NCBI GenBank assembly: GCA_043228905.1
Contig: JBHGNT010000017.1
Span: 6,510,001 to 6,574,000, forward strand
Origin: Azolla caroliniana
Lineage: Eukaryota; Plantae; Polypodiophyta
Reading direction: 5' to 3'
Length of the DNA: 64,000 nucleotides
The notes beneath the pieces were generated by a model. The model was not told the origin of the DNA. It saw nothing but the letters and a program-made list of their open reading frames with translations, and did no database searches. A program made the translations under genes and the position numbers. Each line of letters starts with the position of its first letter. Positions within the stretch are counted from its first letter, which is position 1. Shown here one piece after another: positions 23,197 to 35,594 of this stretch.

Positions 23197-25546
23197 TGTC
23201 GAATACATGTGTATAATGGACGTATTCACACTATCCCGTTTTGGCCATTTATGTAATTAGCATAAAGGGTAGTTGCCCTAAGTCAGTCACTATATATAGT
23301 GACCTTGTAACCTCTTTGTGAGGTTGGATTGTTGTATTATTGCTTTAAGGAATAAAGAGTTCTTTTGTGCCTCTCTTTCTCTCTCTCTCTCTCTCTCTCT
23401 GTGCAACGACATACATTCTGTCATACGCAGGGAATAAACAGGAATCGAATGCTTCAAGATCTTCCGCAAAGACGACCTCGCTTCCAACATCTGGTATCAG
23501 AGCCTGCACAGTAGTCGGTCCTTCAATCCGCTGTCGGCCGTCGTCTCTGCATTCGGTTTCCTGCGTCATTCGAAGAAGAGAGAAGAAGAAGAAAAACAGG
23601 TTTGCATCTCATCGCGTTAGATCATTTTTGCTTGGAGTAAGCCAGCAGGTTGTACTTCCCTCCTTGTGATCGTAACCGCTCGAGGTGAAATCCCCTTGTG
23701 CAACATTGACACGATCGTGCTCCACTCGGTTAAACGGCATCCGAAGAGGTAATCAAACGCCGCTCGTTGTAACCACTCGGTGCAGATCGGTCTTAAGACA
23801 ACAGCCCCAAATTCGTGCTTCATCTGGCTGATCGACATTCGGGAGGATCAGTTGGATCCGTCTCTCTCGTCGCTGCAGTCACCCGAAGCCGAATCGGTCC
23901 AGATAATCGGTTTCAATAATCGGTATTCGGCATATATATCCGAAGCGAACCGGGCTCACTCCGACTCGGCAACATTCGGGAAGACCAGTCGGTTCTGTCC
24001 CTCAAGTTACCGGAGTCAACTCGAGCAAGTTCAACAATATATATATCCGAAGCCGAACCGACTCGGGTTCAAATCCGACTAGAACGATATCGGGTGAGCC
24101 AACCGGCTGCACTCCAACAAGGTTCGTGGTCAACTCCGAACCGAGCTTCGTCAACCGAAACCGAATTTGATGGCATCAACATCCGGCTCGACAGAAATGA
24201 GTCTACGAAAGTTCGATGGATCGAACTTTAACTTCTGGAAGGAGCAAATGCAGGACTATCTCATAGTCAAGGGGCAAATCGATCCCATCGAAAATGAAGA
24301 ACCTCCAGAAGGATACAAACCAATTGAGTGGCAGAAGCTGGACAGAATCGTCCGCGCCACGATTCGGATGCACCTATCGGAATCGGTATACTTTACGGTG
24401 CAATCGTGTACGACAGCATTCGAACTGTGGAAAACACTGTCGGACACTTACGAAAAGAAGGTCGCCGCAACAAAGATGTTTCTGATCCGGCGCCTCTACA
24501 ACTTGCGGATGAAAGAATCCGATTCGGTTCAAGCACACCTCAATGAGTACGAAAGCATCAGCTCCCAAATCTCATCTCAGGGGACGGCAATCGAGGATGA
24601 ACTCAGAGCAACGATACTCATGAGCAGCCTTCCCTCATCATGGGAAACTTTCGTCACAACCGTGTGCAACGCGTCAACCACGGCTGTTAAATACTCCGAA
24701 GTCACGAGCGCAATCCTGACCGAAGCAGCTCGGAGAAAGTCTTTCGCCAAAGACTCAACAGACGACGCTTATGTAGTACAAGGTTCGACAGACCGATCGA
24801 ACATACGAGGAAGAGATTCCTCACGGCCGCCGAACAATCAGCGAAGACGGAGCCAGTCACGGGATAACCGAATCTGCAACTATTGCAAGAAACCCGGACA
24901 CATCAAAGCCGACTGCCGCGCACTCAAGAACAAGAACAACAAGAAGAGTGGCCGGCATGAGGAGATCAATTACGTCAGCTTCTCAGCTGATGTACTACCG
25001 GACGACCCGAATATACTATCAATCGAAAATCCAGCCGGATCAGAAGTTCTGCTCACGACTGAAGAATCGAGCACATGGCTCTTGGATTCGGGTGCGTCAT
25101 TTCACGTGACTCCTCATCGATCCCAATTTCGGCAATATACGATCCGTCACTCCGACTCAGTTCGGGTCGGCAACTCGCAACACTGTGACATCATCGGAAT
25201 CGGCACAGTAGAGCTCAACCTTGCCGGTGGCTCTACACTTGTACTCCACAATGTCCGACATGTACCCGAGCTCTCACGGCCATTGATCTCAGTCGGACAA
25301 CTAGATGAAGACGGCATTCGTGCCGGTTTTTCTTCGGGAGGGTGGACACTCCACAGGGGGAACCTCCTGCTTGCTAGAGGACCCAAGATACACTCCCTGT
25401 ATCCGTTACATGTTACGCTCAGAGAGGGTAACCTGTTCTTGGTGGATATTCCTGTGTCATCACTATGGCACCGAAGACTAGGACACCTCAGCAAGGCCGG
25501 CATCACGCACCTATCTAGAGCCGGATACATCCCCAAACTCTCCTTC

Positions 25547-25646
25547 NNNNNNNNNNNNNNNNNNNNNNNNNNNNNNNNNNNNNNNNNNNNNNNNNNNNNN
25601 NNNNNNNNNNNNNNNNNNNNNNNNNNNNNNNNNNNNNNNNNNNNNN
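25547..25646. other. Assembly gap (100 N)
   Basis: Run of N. Integrase and other sequence present in the sister element at 30131-35594 is missing across it. Confidence 0.98.
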
Positions 25647-27431
25647 ATCGACTCAAAGAGACGTCTGATTCGACCACCCCAAAGTACAAGGCCAGATTAG
25701 TTGCGAAGGGCTTCCGACAAGAATATGGCGTCGACTTCGACGAGATTTTTTCACCAGTGGTGAAAATGATAACCCTTCGTTTTCTGCTCGGCGTAGTGGC
25801 AGCCGACAACTTGGAGCTGATTCAGCTAGATGTCAAAACAGCCTTCCTCCATGGTGATCTCGAGGAGGAAATTTATATGGAGCAGCCAACAGGCTTCGTA
25901 GCAACTGGCCAAGAACATCTAGTCTGCCGACTCAGGAAGAGTCTATACGGCCTCAAACAGGCACCGCGACAATGGTACAAGAAGTTCGACGACTTCATCC
26001 AATCGATCGGCTTCTCAAAAAGCGATGAGGACCATTGTCTTTTTACCAACACAGCTCAAGATGGATCACCCATCTTCCTCATCATCTACGTGGACGACAT
26101 GCTAATTTCTGGACGCCACGCGGGCGAACTTGCCGATCTCATTCGGCAACTGCGGTTGAAGTTTGCCATGAAGGACCTCGGTCCGGCACGACACATCCTT
26201 GGCATGAAGATTAGTCGGCATCGCGATAAACGACATCTTTTTTTGTCTCAGACCGACTATATCGGACGTGTCTTGGAACGCTTCAACATGCAATCAGCCA
26301 AATCTGCTTCAACCCCGCTCCCCATGAATCTTCGGCTCTCTCAGCGAGACTGCCCGACATCCGGTCCGGAGGGGGAAGATATGAAGTCGGTACCGTATGC
26401 ACCGGCAGTCGGCTCCCTTATGTACCTGATGGTCGCGACACGGCCTGATATTTCTCATGCCGTAGGAGTCGTTAGCAGATTTATGCACAATCCTGGCCGA
26501 TCGCATTGGAACGCAGTCAAGCATGTGTTCAGATATCTGGCTGGCACAAAAGACCACGGCATTCTTTTCGGTCCGAACCGAACCTCAGGCGTAGTCGGTT
26601 ACACCGACTCGGATTTCGCCGGCTGTATAGACAGTCGGAAATCAACAACCGGATACTGCTTCAAATTCGGCAATGGAGCAATCTCGTGGAAGTCGAAACT
26701 TCAGGAGTGCACAGCAACCTCAACGACCGAAGCAGAATATGTAGCTGCGTCCGACGCAGCAAAAGAAGCTTTGTGGCTCGGTCGGCTGGCGCACACGTTT
26801 CGACAAGTCGACCATGACTCGGCTCCAGTTGTCTACAGCGACAGTCAAGGTGCTGTTGCCTTGTCAAAAAATCCGGTTCACCACAACGCCTCCAAACATA
26901 TCGACGTTCGATATCACTTCGTTCAGGACTGCGTCATTTCAGGGAAAATCGGTCTAGAGAAAATATCCACAATCGACAATGTCGCAGATGGAATGACCAA
27001 GTGTCTTTCGGCAGACCGTTTTCGGTCTCTTCGGCATCAGATGGGCGTAACGACAAACCAGTCCGGTTAGAGCCGGACACAGAGCAGGATGGTTCCCGAC
27101 AACCGACATCAGTTCCTCAATGATCGGCTTCAACTGTTCCGACCCGACCAGTTCGGTCTTCTGCCTTCGGACCCTGCCGACTCGAACAAAGCTGATATGT
27201 CCGAGAACCTAAGTCTATACCTGTAATCTTAGATAACCCATGTATACGCCCATTACGGGGGAGTGTCGAATACATGTGTATAATGGACGTATTCACACTA
27301 TCCCGTTTTGGCCATTTATGTAATTAGCATAAAGGGTAGTTGCCCTAAGTCGGTCACTATATATAGTGACCTTATAACCTTTTTGTAAGGTTGGTTGTTG
27401 TATTATTTGTTTATGCAATAAAGACTCTTTT

Positions 27432-27467
<36 letters not shown>

Positions 27468-27552
27468 AACGACCTACAAACTGTCACACGCAGGGAATAA
27501 ACAGGAATCGAATGCTTCTTGATCTTCCGCAAAGACGACATTGCTTTCAACA
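25647..27552 (+). mobile_element. 3' part (RT-RH, PPT, 3' LTR 27264-27552) of Copia copy F with a different LTR variant
   Basis: RT YVDD and RNase H to the stop at 27070. The LTR differs from E's LTRs at several diagnostic sites. Confidence 0.8.
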
Positions 27553-27606
27553 CAAGAAGCATTCGATTCCTGTTTATTCCCTGCGTGTGACAGTTTGTAG
27601 GTCGTT

Positions 27607-27644
<38 letters not shown>

Positions 27645-27813
27645 AAAAGAGTCTTTATTGCATAAACAAATAATACAACAACCCAACCTTACAAAAAGGT
27701 TATAAGGTCACTATATATAGTGACCGACTTAGGGCAACTACCCTTTATGCTAATTACATAAATGGCCAAAACGGGATAGTGTGAATACGTCCATTATACA
27801 CATGTATTCGACA
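27553..27813 (-). repeat. Inverted Copia LTR (copy G), lacking its last 31 bp
   Basis: Reverse complement of 27264-27521 except a 1-bp indel and one extra GA unit. Its terminus is joined exactly to pol sequence ACACCGACTCGG. Confidence 0.9.
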
Positions 27814-29484
27814 ACACCGACTCGGACTTCGCCGGCTGTATAGACAGTCGGAAATCAACAACCGGATACTGCTTCAAATTCGGCAATGGAGCAATCTCGT
27901 GGAAGTCGAAACTTCAAGAGTGCACAGCAACCTCAACGACCGAAGCAGAATATGTAGTTGCGTCCGACGCAGCAAAAGAAGCTTTGTGGATCGGTCGGCT
28001 GGCGCACACGTTTCGACAAGTCGACCATGACTCGGCTCCAGTTGTCTACAGCGACAGTCAAGGTGCTGTTGCCTTGTCGAAAAATCCGGTTCACCACAAC
28101 GCCTCCAAGCATATCGACGTTCGATATCACTTCGTTCGGGACTGCGTCATTTCAGGGAAAATCGGTCTAGAGAAAATATCCACAACCGACAATGTCGCAG
28201 ATGGAATGACCAAGTGTCTTTCGGCAGACCGTTTTCGGTCTCTTCGGCATCAGATGGGCGTAACGACAAACCAGTCCGGTTAGAGCCGGACACAGAGCAG
28301 GATGGTTCCCGACAATCGACATCAGTTCCTTAATGATCGGCTTCAACTGTTCCGACCCGACCAGTTCGGTCTTCTGCCTTCGGACCCTGCCGACTCGAAC
28401 AAAGCTGATATGTCCGAGAACCTAAGTCTATACCTGTAATCTTAGATAACCCATGTATACGCCCATTACGGGGGAGTGTCGAATACATGTGTATAATGGA
28501 CGTATTCACACTATCCCGTTTTGGCCATTTATGTAATTAGCATAAAGGGTAGTTGCCCTAAGTCAGTCACTATATATAGTGACCTTGTAACCTCTTTGTG
28601 AGGTTGGATTGTTGTATTATTGCTTTAAGGAATAAAGAGTTCTTTTGTGCCTCTCTTTCTCTCTCTCTCTCTCTCTCTCTGTGCAACGACATACATTCTG
28701 TCATACGCAGGGAATAAACAGGAATCGAATGCTTCAAGATCTTCCGCAAAGACGACCTCGCTTCCAACAGGTAGGATGGTAAAAATTAAAAAGAGGGGTA
28801 GAATCGATTATAATGTCGGCTACCAAATGGGTAGTCCCGTGCATGCTCCTAAAATTCAAAGAGGAGATAAACTAAACATGAAAAAGAAATAAAAATGCAC
28901 GGCTACATAATGTAGTCCCGTGTTTTACAACGAGAGGTGTGTGAGGGGGATGTGGGGGAACGAGGGATGCCGATGCCGATGTTACCATTAGCAAAATGCC
29001 ACGAGTTGTCTTGCGAGGGCACTCGACACTGACAAATGCTCGGTGTTAGCCGATGTTCTTTTGTCGTGTGTGCCTATCTCCAAACCGTGGGCCTCCATGG
29101 AATATCAATGCTATAAGTTATTGTTGACCGCGAGGTCGTAGACGAGGAGTGCGAAAATGGTGGATCATCGGCGGGCGGAGGAGATATCGGAGAAGAGGAA
29201 CACCAAGGTTGATTGAGCGCACCCAAATCGATAGAGTATGGTAAACACCCAAATCGATAGGGGGGGTGCATGGTCTTACGTAACCAGCAAACTAGTTTCG
29301 CCCCGAAGGGTTCATCAGTGCCATAAGACCATGAGGGTGAGGGAGGGGGTTTATATAGGATTTTAGGAGAGGGGTAGAGTGAGGGTGTGGGATCAAAATA
29401 GGGAGTGGGGGGTAGGGGTGTGCTATGTGCATATGTGCAAATTAAGAGATGGTAGTGGGGTGTAAGGTTTTTAAAGATAGGTTT

Positions 29485-30130
29485 TGGAGGTTTTCCAAGT
29501 CCCCTTGCAAGTAGACTGTCGTGTCATGTGCAAATTCTATATCCATGATGCTTTGGTGAGAATGAGGTATGGGAAGACCACGTAGGTTGAGATGCCGAGA
29601 GTTGAGAAAGCAAGAGCGTGCTTCAGTGTATAATAGAAATAAGGATGGAGTTAGTGGGCATCCCTGCTATACAGATCAGGATATTCAGAAAAAGGGGCCC
29701 CTTTCACCTGCCAGTGAAATGCAACTGCTTCCATTCCTATAAAGTCCTGCAATGCCTTTGATCCATGTCTCTTGAAAGCCGAGTTTCCCCATCACACTTT
29801 CTAGAAAGATCCAGCATACCCTGTCATATGCTTTCTCAAAATCTAGTAGCACCACCGCTACCTTGTTGTTGGTTCGCTTGGCAAGGGCTACTGCTTCCCA
29901 GAATGAGAAGAGGTTATCTAGGATGCTCCGATTTCTAACGAAACCTATCTGGGACAGATGAATGAGTTGAGGGAGAAGTGGTGTTAAATGGCGTGCCATT
30001 ATTTTTGCGAGCAACTTATAGACAGTATTGAGAAGAGTTATGGGCCACCACTCGCTAATGTCGTTGGCATTCCCACCACTTTTAGGAATGAGATGTATCA
30101 TCCCCTGTCCAAATTCCTCCGGCATGCTTC
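29485..30130 (-). mobile_element. LINE (L1-like) ORF2 reverse transcriptase fragment, downstream part
   Basis: IHLIPK...WWPITLLNTVYKLLAK...QIGFVRNRSILDN...LDFEKAYDRV...QGCPLTP...EFAHDT. Confidence 0.85.
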
Positions 30131-30301
30131 TGTCGAATACATGTGTATAATGGACGTATTCACACTATCCCGTTTTGGCCATTTATGTAATTAGCATAAA
30201 GGGTAGTTGCCCTAAGTCGGTCACTATATATAGTGACCTTATAACCTTTTTGTAAGGTTGGTTGTTGTATTATTTGTTTATGCAAAAGAGTTCTTTTGTG
30301 C

Positions 30302-30333
<32 letters not shown>

Positions 30334-33300
30334 GTGCAACGACATACATTCTGTCACACGCAGGGAATAAACAGGAATCGAATGCTTCTTGATCTTCCGC
30401 AAAGACGACATTGCTTTCAACATCTGGTATCAGAGCCTGCACAGTAGTCGGTCCCTCAATCCGCTGTCGGCCGTCGTCTCAGCATTCGGATTCCTGCGTC
30501 ACTCGAAGAAGAGAGAAGAAGAAGAAAAAAAAAAAACCAGGTTTGCATCTCATCGTGTTAGATCATCTTCGCTTGGAGTAAGCCTTCAGGTTGTACTCTG
30601 TTCCTTGTGATCGTAACCACTCGAGGTGAAATCCCCTTGTGCAACATCGACACGATCGTGCTCCACTCGGTTAAACGGCATCCGAAGAGGTAACCAAACG
30701 CTGCTCGTTGTAACCACTCGGTGCAGATCGGTCTCAAGACAACAACCCTAAATTCGTGCTTCATCAGGCTGATCGAAATTCGAGAGGATCAGTTGGATCC
30801 GTCTCTCTCGTCGCTGCAGTCAACCGAAGCAAAATCGGTCCAGATAATCGGTTTCAATAATCGGTATTCGGCACATATATCCGAAGCGAACCGGGCTCAC
30901 TCCGACTCGGCAACACTCGGGAAGACCAGTCGGTTCTGTCCCTCAAGTTACCGGAGTCAATTCGAGCAAGTTCCGAAGCCGAACCGACTCGGGTTCAAAT
31001 CCGACTAGAACGATATCGGGTGAGCCAACCGGCTGCACTCCAACAAGGTTCACAGTCAACTTTGAACCGAGCTTCGTCAACCGAAACCGAATTTGATGGC
31101 ATCAACATCAGGCTCGTCAGAAATGAGTCTACGAAAGTTCGATGGATCGAACTTCAACTTCTGGAAGGAACAAATGCAGGACTATCTCATAGTCAAGGGG
31201 CAAATCGACCCCATCGAAAATGAAGAACCTCCAGAAGGATACAAACCAATTGAGTGGCAGAAGCTGGACAGAATCGTCCGCGCCACGATTCGGATGCACC
31301 TATCGGAATCGGTATATTTCACGGTGCAATCGTGTACGACAGCATTCGAACTGTGGAAAACACTGTCGGACACTTACGAAAAGAAGGTCGCTGCAACGAA
31401 GATGTTTCTGATCCGGCGCCTCTACAACTTGCGGATGAAAGAATCCGATTCGGTTCAAGCACACCTCAATGAGTACGAAAGCATCAGCTCCCAAATCTCG
31501 TCACAGGGGACGGCAATCGAGGATGAACTCAGAGCAATGATACTCATGAGCAGCCTTCCCTCATCGTGGGAAACTTTCGTCACAACCGTGTGCAACGCGT
31601 CAACCACGGCTGTTAAATACTCCGAAGTCACGAGCGCAATCTTGACTGAAGCAGCTCGGAGAAAGTCTTTCGCCAAAGACTCAACAGACGACGCTTACGT
31701 AGTACAAGGTTCGACAGACCGATCGAACATGCGAGGAAGAGATTCCTCACGGCCGCCGAACAATCAGCGAAGACGGAGCCAGTCACGGGATAACCGAATC
31801 TGCAACTATTGCAAGAAACCCGGACACATCAAAGCCGACTGCCGCGCACTCAAGAACAAGAACAACAAGAAGAGTGGCCGGCATGAGGAGATCAATTACG
31901 TCAGCTTCTCAGCTGATGTACTACCGGACGACCCGAATATACTATCAATCGAAAATCCAGCCGGATCAGAAGTTCTGCTCACGACTGAAGAATCGAGCAC
32001 ATGGCTCTTGGATTCGGGTGCGTCATTTCACGTGACTCCTCATCGATCCCAATTTCGGCAATATACGATCCGTCACTCCGACTCAGTTCGGGTCGGCAAC
32101 TCGCAACACTGTGACATCATCGGAATCGGCACAGTAGAGCTCAACCTTGCAGGTGGCTCTACACTTGTACTCCACAATGTCCGACATGTACCCGAGCTCT
32201 CAAGGCCATTGATCTCAGTCGGACACCTAGATGAAGACGGCATTCGTGCCGGTTTTTCTTCGGGAGGGTGGACACTCCACAGGGGGAACCTCCTGCTTGC
32301 TAGAGGACCTAAGATACACTCGTTGTATCCGTTACATGTTACGCTCAGAGAGGGTAACCTGTTTTTGGTGGATATTCCTGTGTCATCACTATGGCACAGA
32401 AGATTAGGACACCTCAGCAAGGCCGGCATCACGCACCTATCTAGAGCCGGATACATCCCCAAACTCTCCTTCTCCGACCATCAATTCTGCGAGCATTGCC
32501 AGTATGGCAAACAAGTAGCCGCATCACACCCGACATCAGCACCAAGAGAAACAAGACCCCTCGACTTAGTCCACTCGGACGTCTGTGGCCCAATGCCGCA
32601 TCAGTCTCTTGGCGGTGCCTCTTACTTCGTCACTTTTATTGACGACTCGACTCGAAAGGTGTGGGCTTATCCGATTCGCACCAAAGATCGGGTCTTCTCG
32701 ATCTTCACCGATTGGCTCGCTATGGTGGAAAATCAAACCGACCGAACGCTGAAATGCCTTCGGACAGATAATGGGGGAGAGTTCAAATCCGAAGAATTCG
32801 TCAAATTCTGCCGACAACGCGGCATCCGACGTGAATTTACGGCACCACACAGTCCGGAGCAAAACGGGATCGCAGAGCGAATGAATCGGACGATCCAAGA
32901 ACGGATAGTTTCCATGCTCCAACACTCCGGACTGTCGGATGGCTTCTGGGCAGAGGCTCTACTCACGGCCGTACACATAATCAATATGTCGCCAAGTAGA
33001 CCTCTAGGACTTCAAATTCCTCAGGAACTATGGATCGGCAGTAAGCCGAATTACGACAAGCTGAGGATCTTCGGATGCGAGGCGTACGCCCTCATTCCGA
33101 AAGATGATCGCCGAAAACTTGCACCTCGGTCCAGGAAATGCATTTTCCTTGGATATGGATCCGACGGCGAAATGGGATACCGACTCTGGGACCCCGAACG
33201 CAGACAAATCGTTCGAAGTTCGGACGTTGTGTTCAACGAGTCGGCTATGAATCCATCAATCGAAAAACCGATCGAAGTCCGAAGGGTAACATTTTCCGAT

Positions 33301-35473
33301 GTGCCGACCCTTCAAGAAGGCCCCGCTCTCAACACACGGTCAGCTTCACGGGTAGCTGAACCTTACACTACCGACTCGGACAACTCCGACTCGGCACAGC
33401 CGAATGATTCGGTTTCGGACCATCCGACCACGATACCCGATGCGACCAGTCCAATCATACCTCGACGATCCGAGAGACTGTCGCAACCTCCGGAGAGGTA
33501 TTCTCCTGGAATTTTCTTCACCGACGCCGGCGAACCGACGTCTTACGAAGAAGCATCGACATCTGTCGATTCAGCCACCTGGCATCTGGCGATGGAGTCG
33601 GAAATGCACTCCATTCGGGCAAACAAGACTTGGGATCTGGTCGAATTACCTAGGAACCGACGTGCTCTTCCTTGCAAGTGGGTTTATCGACTAAAAGAGA
33701 CGTCTGATTCGACCACCCCAAAGTACAAGGCCAGATTAGTTGCGAAGGGCTTCCGACAAGAATATGGCGTCGACTTCGACGAGATTTTTTCACCAGTGGT
33801 GAAAATGACAACCCTTCGTTTTCTGCTCGGCGTAGTGGCAGCCGACAACTTGGAGCTGATTCAGCTAGATGTCAAAACAGCCTTCCTCCATGGTGATCTC
33901 GAGGAGGAAATTTATATGGAGCAGCCAAAAGGCTTCGTGGCAACCGGCCAAGAACATCTAGTCTGCCGACTCAGGAAGAGTCTATACGGCCTCAAACAGG
34001 CACCACGACAATGGTACAAGAAGTTCGACGACTTCATCCAATCGATCGGCTTCTCCAAAAGCGATGAGGACCATTGTCTCTTCACCAACACAGCTCAAGA
34101 TGGATCACCCATCTTCCTCATCATTTACGTGGACGACATGCTAATTTCTGGACGCCACGCGGGCGAACTTGCCGATCTCGTTCGGCAACTGCGGTTGAAG
34201 TTTGCCATGAAGGACCTCGGTCCGGCACGACACATCCTTGGCATGAAAATTAGTCGGCATCGCGATAAACGACATCTCTTTTTGTCTCAGACCGACTATA
34301 TCGGACGTGTCTTGGAACGCTTCAACATGCAATCAGCCAAATCTGCTTCAACCCCGCTCCCCATGAATCTTCGGCTCTCTCAGCGAGACTGCCCGACATC
34401 CGGTCCGGAGGGGGAAGATATGAAGTCGGTACCGTATGCACCGGCAGTCGGCTCCCTTATGTACCTGATGGTCGCGACACGGCCTGATATTTCTCACGCC
34501 GTAGGAGTCGTCAGCAGATTTATGCACAATCCTGGCCGATCGCATTGGAACGCAGTCAAGCATGTGTTCAGATATCTGGCTGGCACAAAAGATCACGGCA
34601 TTCTTTTCGGTCCGAACCGAACCTCAGGCGTAGTCGGTTACACCGACTCGGACTTCGCCGGCTGTATAGACAGTCGGAAATCAACAACCGGATACTGCTT
34701 CAAATTCGGCAATGGAGCAATCTCGTGGAAGTCGAAACTTCAAGAGTGCACAGCAACCTCAACGACCGAAGCAGAATATGTAGCTGCGTCCGACGCAGCA
34801 AAAGAAGCTTTGTGGCTCGGTCAGCTGGCGCACACGTTTCGACAAGTCGAACATGACTCGGCTCCAGTTGTCTACAGCGACAGTCAAGGTGTTGTTGCCT
34901 TGTCGAAAAATCCGGTTCACCACAACGCCTCCAAACATATCGATGTTCGATATCACTTCGTTCGGGACTGCGTCATTTCAGGGAAAATCGGTCTAGAGAA
35001 AATATCCACAACCGACAATGTCGCAGATGGAATGACCAAGTGTCTTTCGGCAGACCGTTTTCGGTCTCTTCGGCATCAGATGGGCGTAACGACAAACCAG
35101 TCCGGTTAGAGCCGGACACAGAGCAGGATGGTTCCCGACAACCGACATCAGTTCCTCAATGATCGGCTTCAACTGTTCCGACCCGACCAGTTCGGTCTTC
35201 TGCCTTCGGACCCTGCCGACTCGAACAAAGCTGATATGTCCGAGAACCTAAGTCTATACCTGTAATCTTAGATAACCCATGTATACGCCCATTACGGGGG
35301 AGTGTCGAATACATGTGTATAATGGACGTATTCACACTATCCCGTTTTGGCCATTTATGTAATTAGCATAAAGGGTAGTTGCCCTAAGTCGGTCACTATA
35401 TATAGTGACCTTATAACCTTTTTGTAAGGTTGGTTGTTGTATTATTTGTTTATGCAAAAGAGTTCTTTTGTGC

Positions 35474-35505
<32 letters not shown>

Positions 35506-35594
35506 GTGCAACGACATACATTCTGTCACACGCAGGGAATAAACAGGAATCGAATGCTTCTTGATCTTCCGCAAAGACGACATTGCTTTCAACA
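30131..35594 (+). mobile_element. Intact full-length Ty1/Copia element H (5464 bp, Tnt1/Tork-like)
   Basis: 292-bp LTRs at 30131-30422 and 35303-35594 with no difference found by eye, GCTTC TSD, PBS TGGTATCAGAGCC at 30425, PPT ACGGGGGAG, single intact ORF. Confidence 0.97.
31096..35109 (+). CDS. Copia Gag-Pol polyprotein (gag, CCHC, protease, integrase, RT, RNase H), 1337 aa
   Basis: Uninterrupted ORF with CNYCKKPGHIKADC, WLLDSGAS, HSDVCG/TDNGGEF/NGIAE, QLDVKTAFLHG, YVDD, KHIDVRYHF. Confidence 0.97.
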   Translation: MASTSGSSEMSLRKFDGSNFNFWKEQMQDYLIVKGQIDPIENEEPPEGYKPIEWQKLDRIVRATIRMHLSESVYFTVQSCTTAFELWKTLSDTYEKKVAATKMFLIRRLYNLRMKESDSVQAHLNEYESISSQISSQGTAIEDELRAMILMSSLPSSWETFVTTVCNASTTAVKYSEVTSAILTEAARRKSFAKDSTDDAYVVQGSTDRSNMRGRDSSRPPNNQRRRSQSRDNRICNYCKKPGHIKADCRALKNKNNKKSGRHEEINYVSFSADVLPDDPNILSIENPAGSEVLLTTEESSTWLLDSGASFHVTPHRSQFRQYTIRHSDSVRVGNSQHCDIIGIGTVELNLAGGSTLVLHNVRHVPELSRPLISVGHLDEDGIRAGFSSGGWTLHRGNLLLARGPKIHSLYPLHVTLREGNLFLVDIPVSSLWHRRLGHLSKAGITHLSRAGYIPKLSFSDHQFCEHCQYGKQVAASHPTSAPRETRPLDLVHSDVCGPMPHQSLGGASYFVTFIDDSTRKVWAYPIRTKDRVFSIFTDWLAMVENQTDRTLKCLRTDNGGEFKSEEFVKFCRQRGIRREFTAPHSPEQNGIAERMNRTIQERIVSMLQHSGLSDGFWAEALLTAVHIINMSPSRPLGLQIPQELWIGSKPNYDKLRIFGCEAYALIPKDDRRKLAPRSRKCIFLGYGSDGEMGYRLWDPERRQIVRSSDVVFNESAMNPSIEKPIEVRRVTFSDVPTLQEGPALNTRSASRVAEPYTTDSDNSDSAQPNDSVSDHPTTIPDATSPIIPRRSERLSQPPERYSPGIFFTDAGEPTSYEEASTSVDSATWHLAMESEMHSIRANKTWDLVELPRNRRALPCKWVYRLKETSDSTTPKYKARLVAKGFRQEYGVDFDEIFSPVVKMTTLRFLLGVVAADNLELIQLDVKTAFLHGDLEEEIYMEQPKGFVATGQEHLVCRLRKSLYGLKQAPRQWYKKFDDFIQSIGFSKSDEDHCLFTNTAQDGSPIFLIIYVDDMLISGRHAGELADLVRQLRLKFAMKDLGPARHILGMKISRHRDKRHLFLSQTDYIGRVLERFNMQSAKSASTPLPMNLRLSQRDCPTSGPEGEDMKSVPYAPAVGSLMYLMVATRPDISHAVGVVSRFMHNPGRSHWNAVKHVFRYLAGTKDHGILFGPNRTSGVVGYTDSDFAGCIDSRKSTTGYCFKFGNGAISWKSKLQECTATSTTEAEYVAASDAAKEALWLGQLAHTFRQVEHDSAPVVYSDSQGVVALSKNPVHHNASKHIDVRYHFVRDCVISGKIGLEKISTTDNVADGMTKCLSADRFRSLRHQMGVTTNQSG

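Larger units (their letters stand above)
23197..28769 (+). mobile_element. Ty1/Copia element E (Tnt1/Tork-like) containing an assembly gap and nested same-family LTRs
   Basis: Matching 293-bp LTRs at 23197-23489 and 28477-28769, GGTAG target-site duplication, PBS TGGTATCAGAGCC at 23492, gag-PR at 24170-25546, RNase H end at 27814-28283. Confidence 0.92.

Noticed and set aside
24167-27070. 967-aa ORF suggesting an integrase-less Copia
   Set aside because: It runs across a 100-N gap, and the two sides probably belong to different copies.
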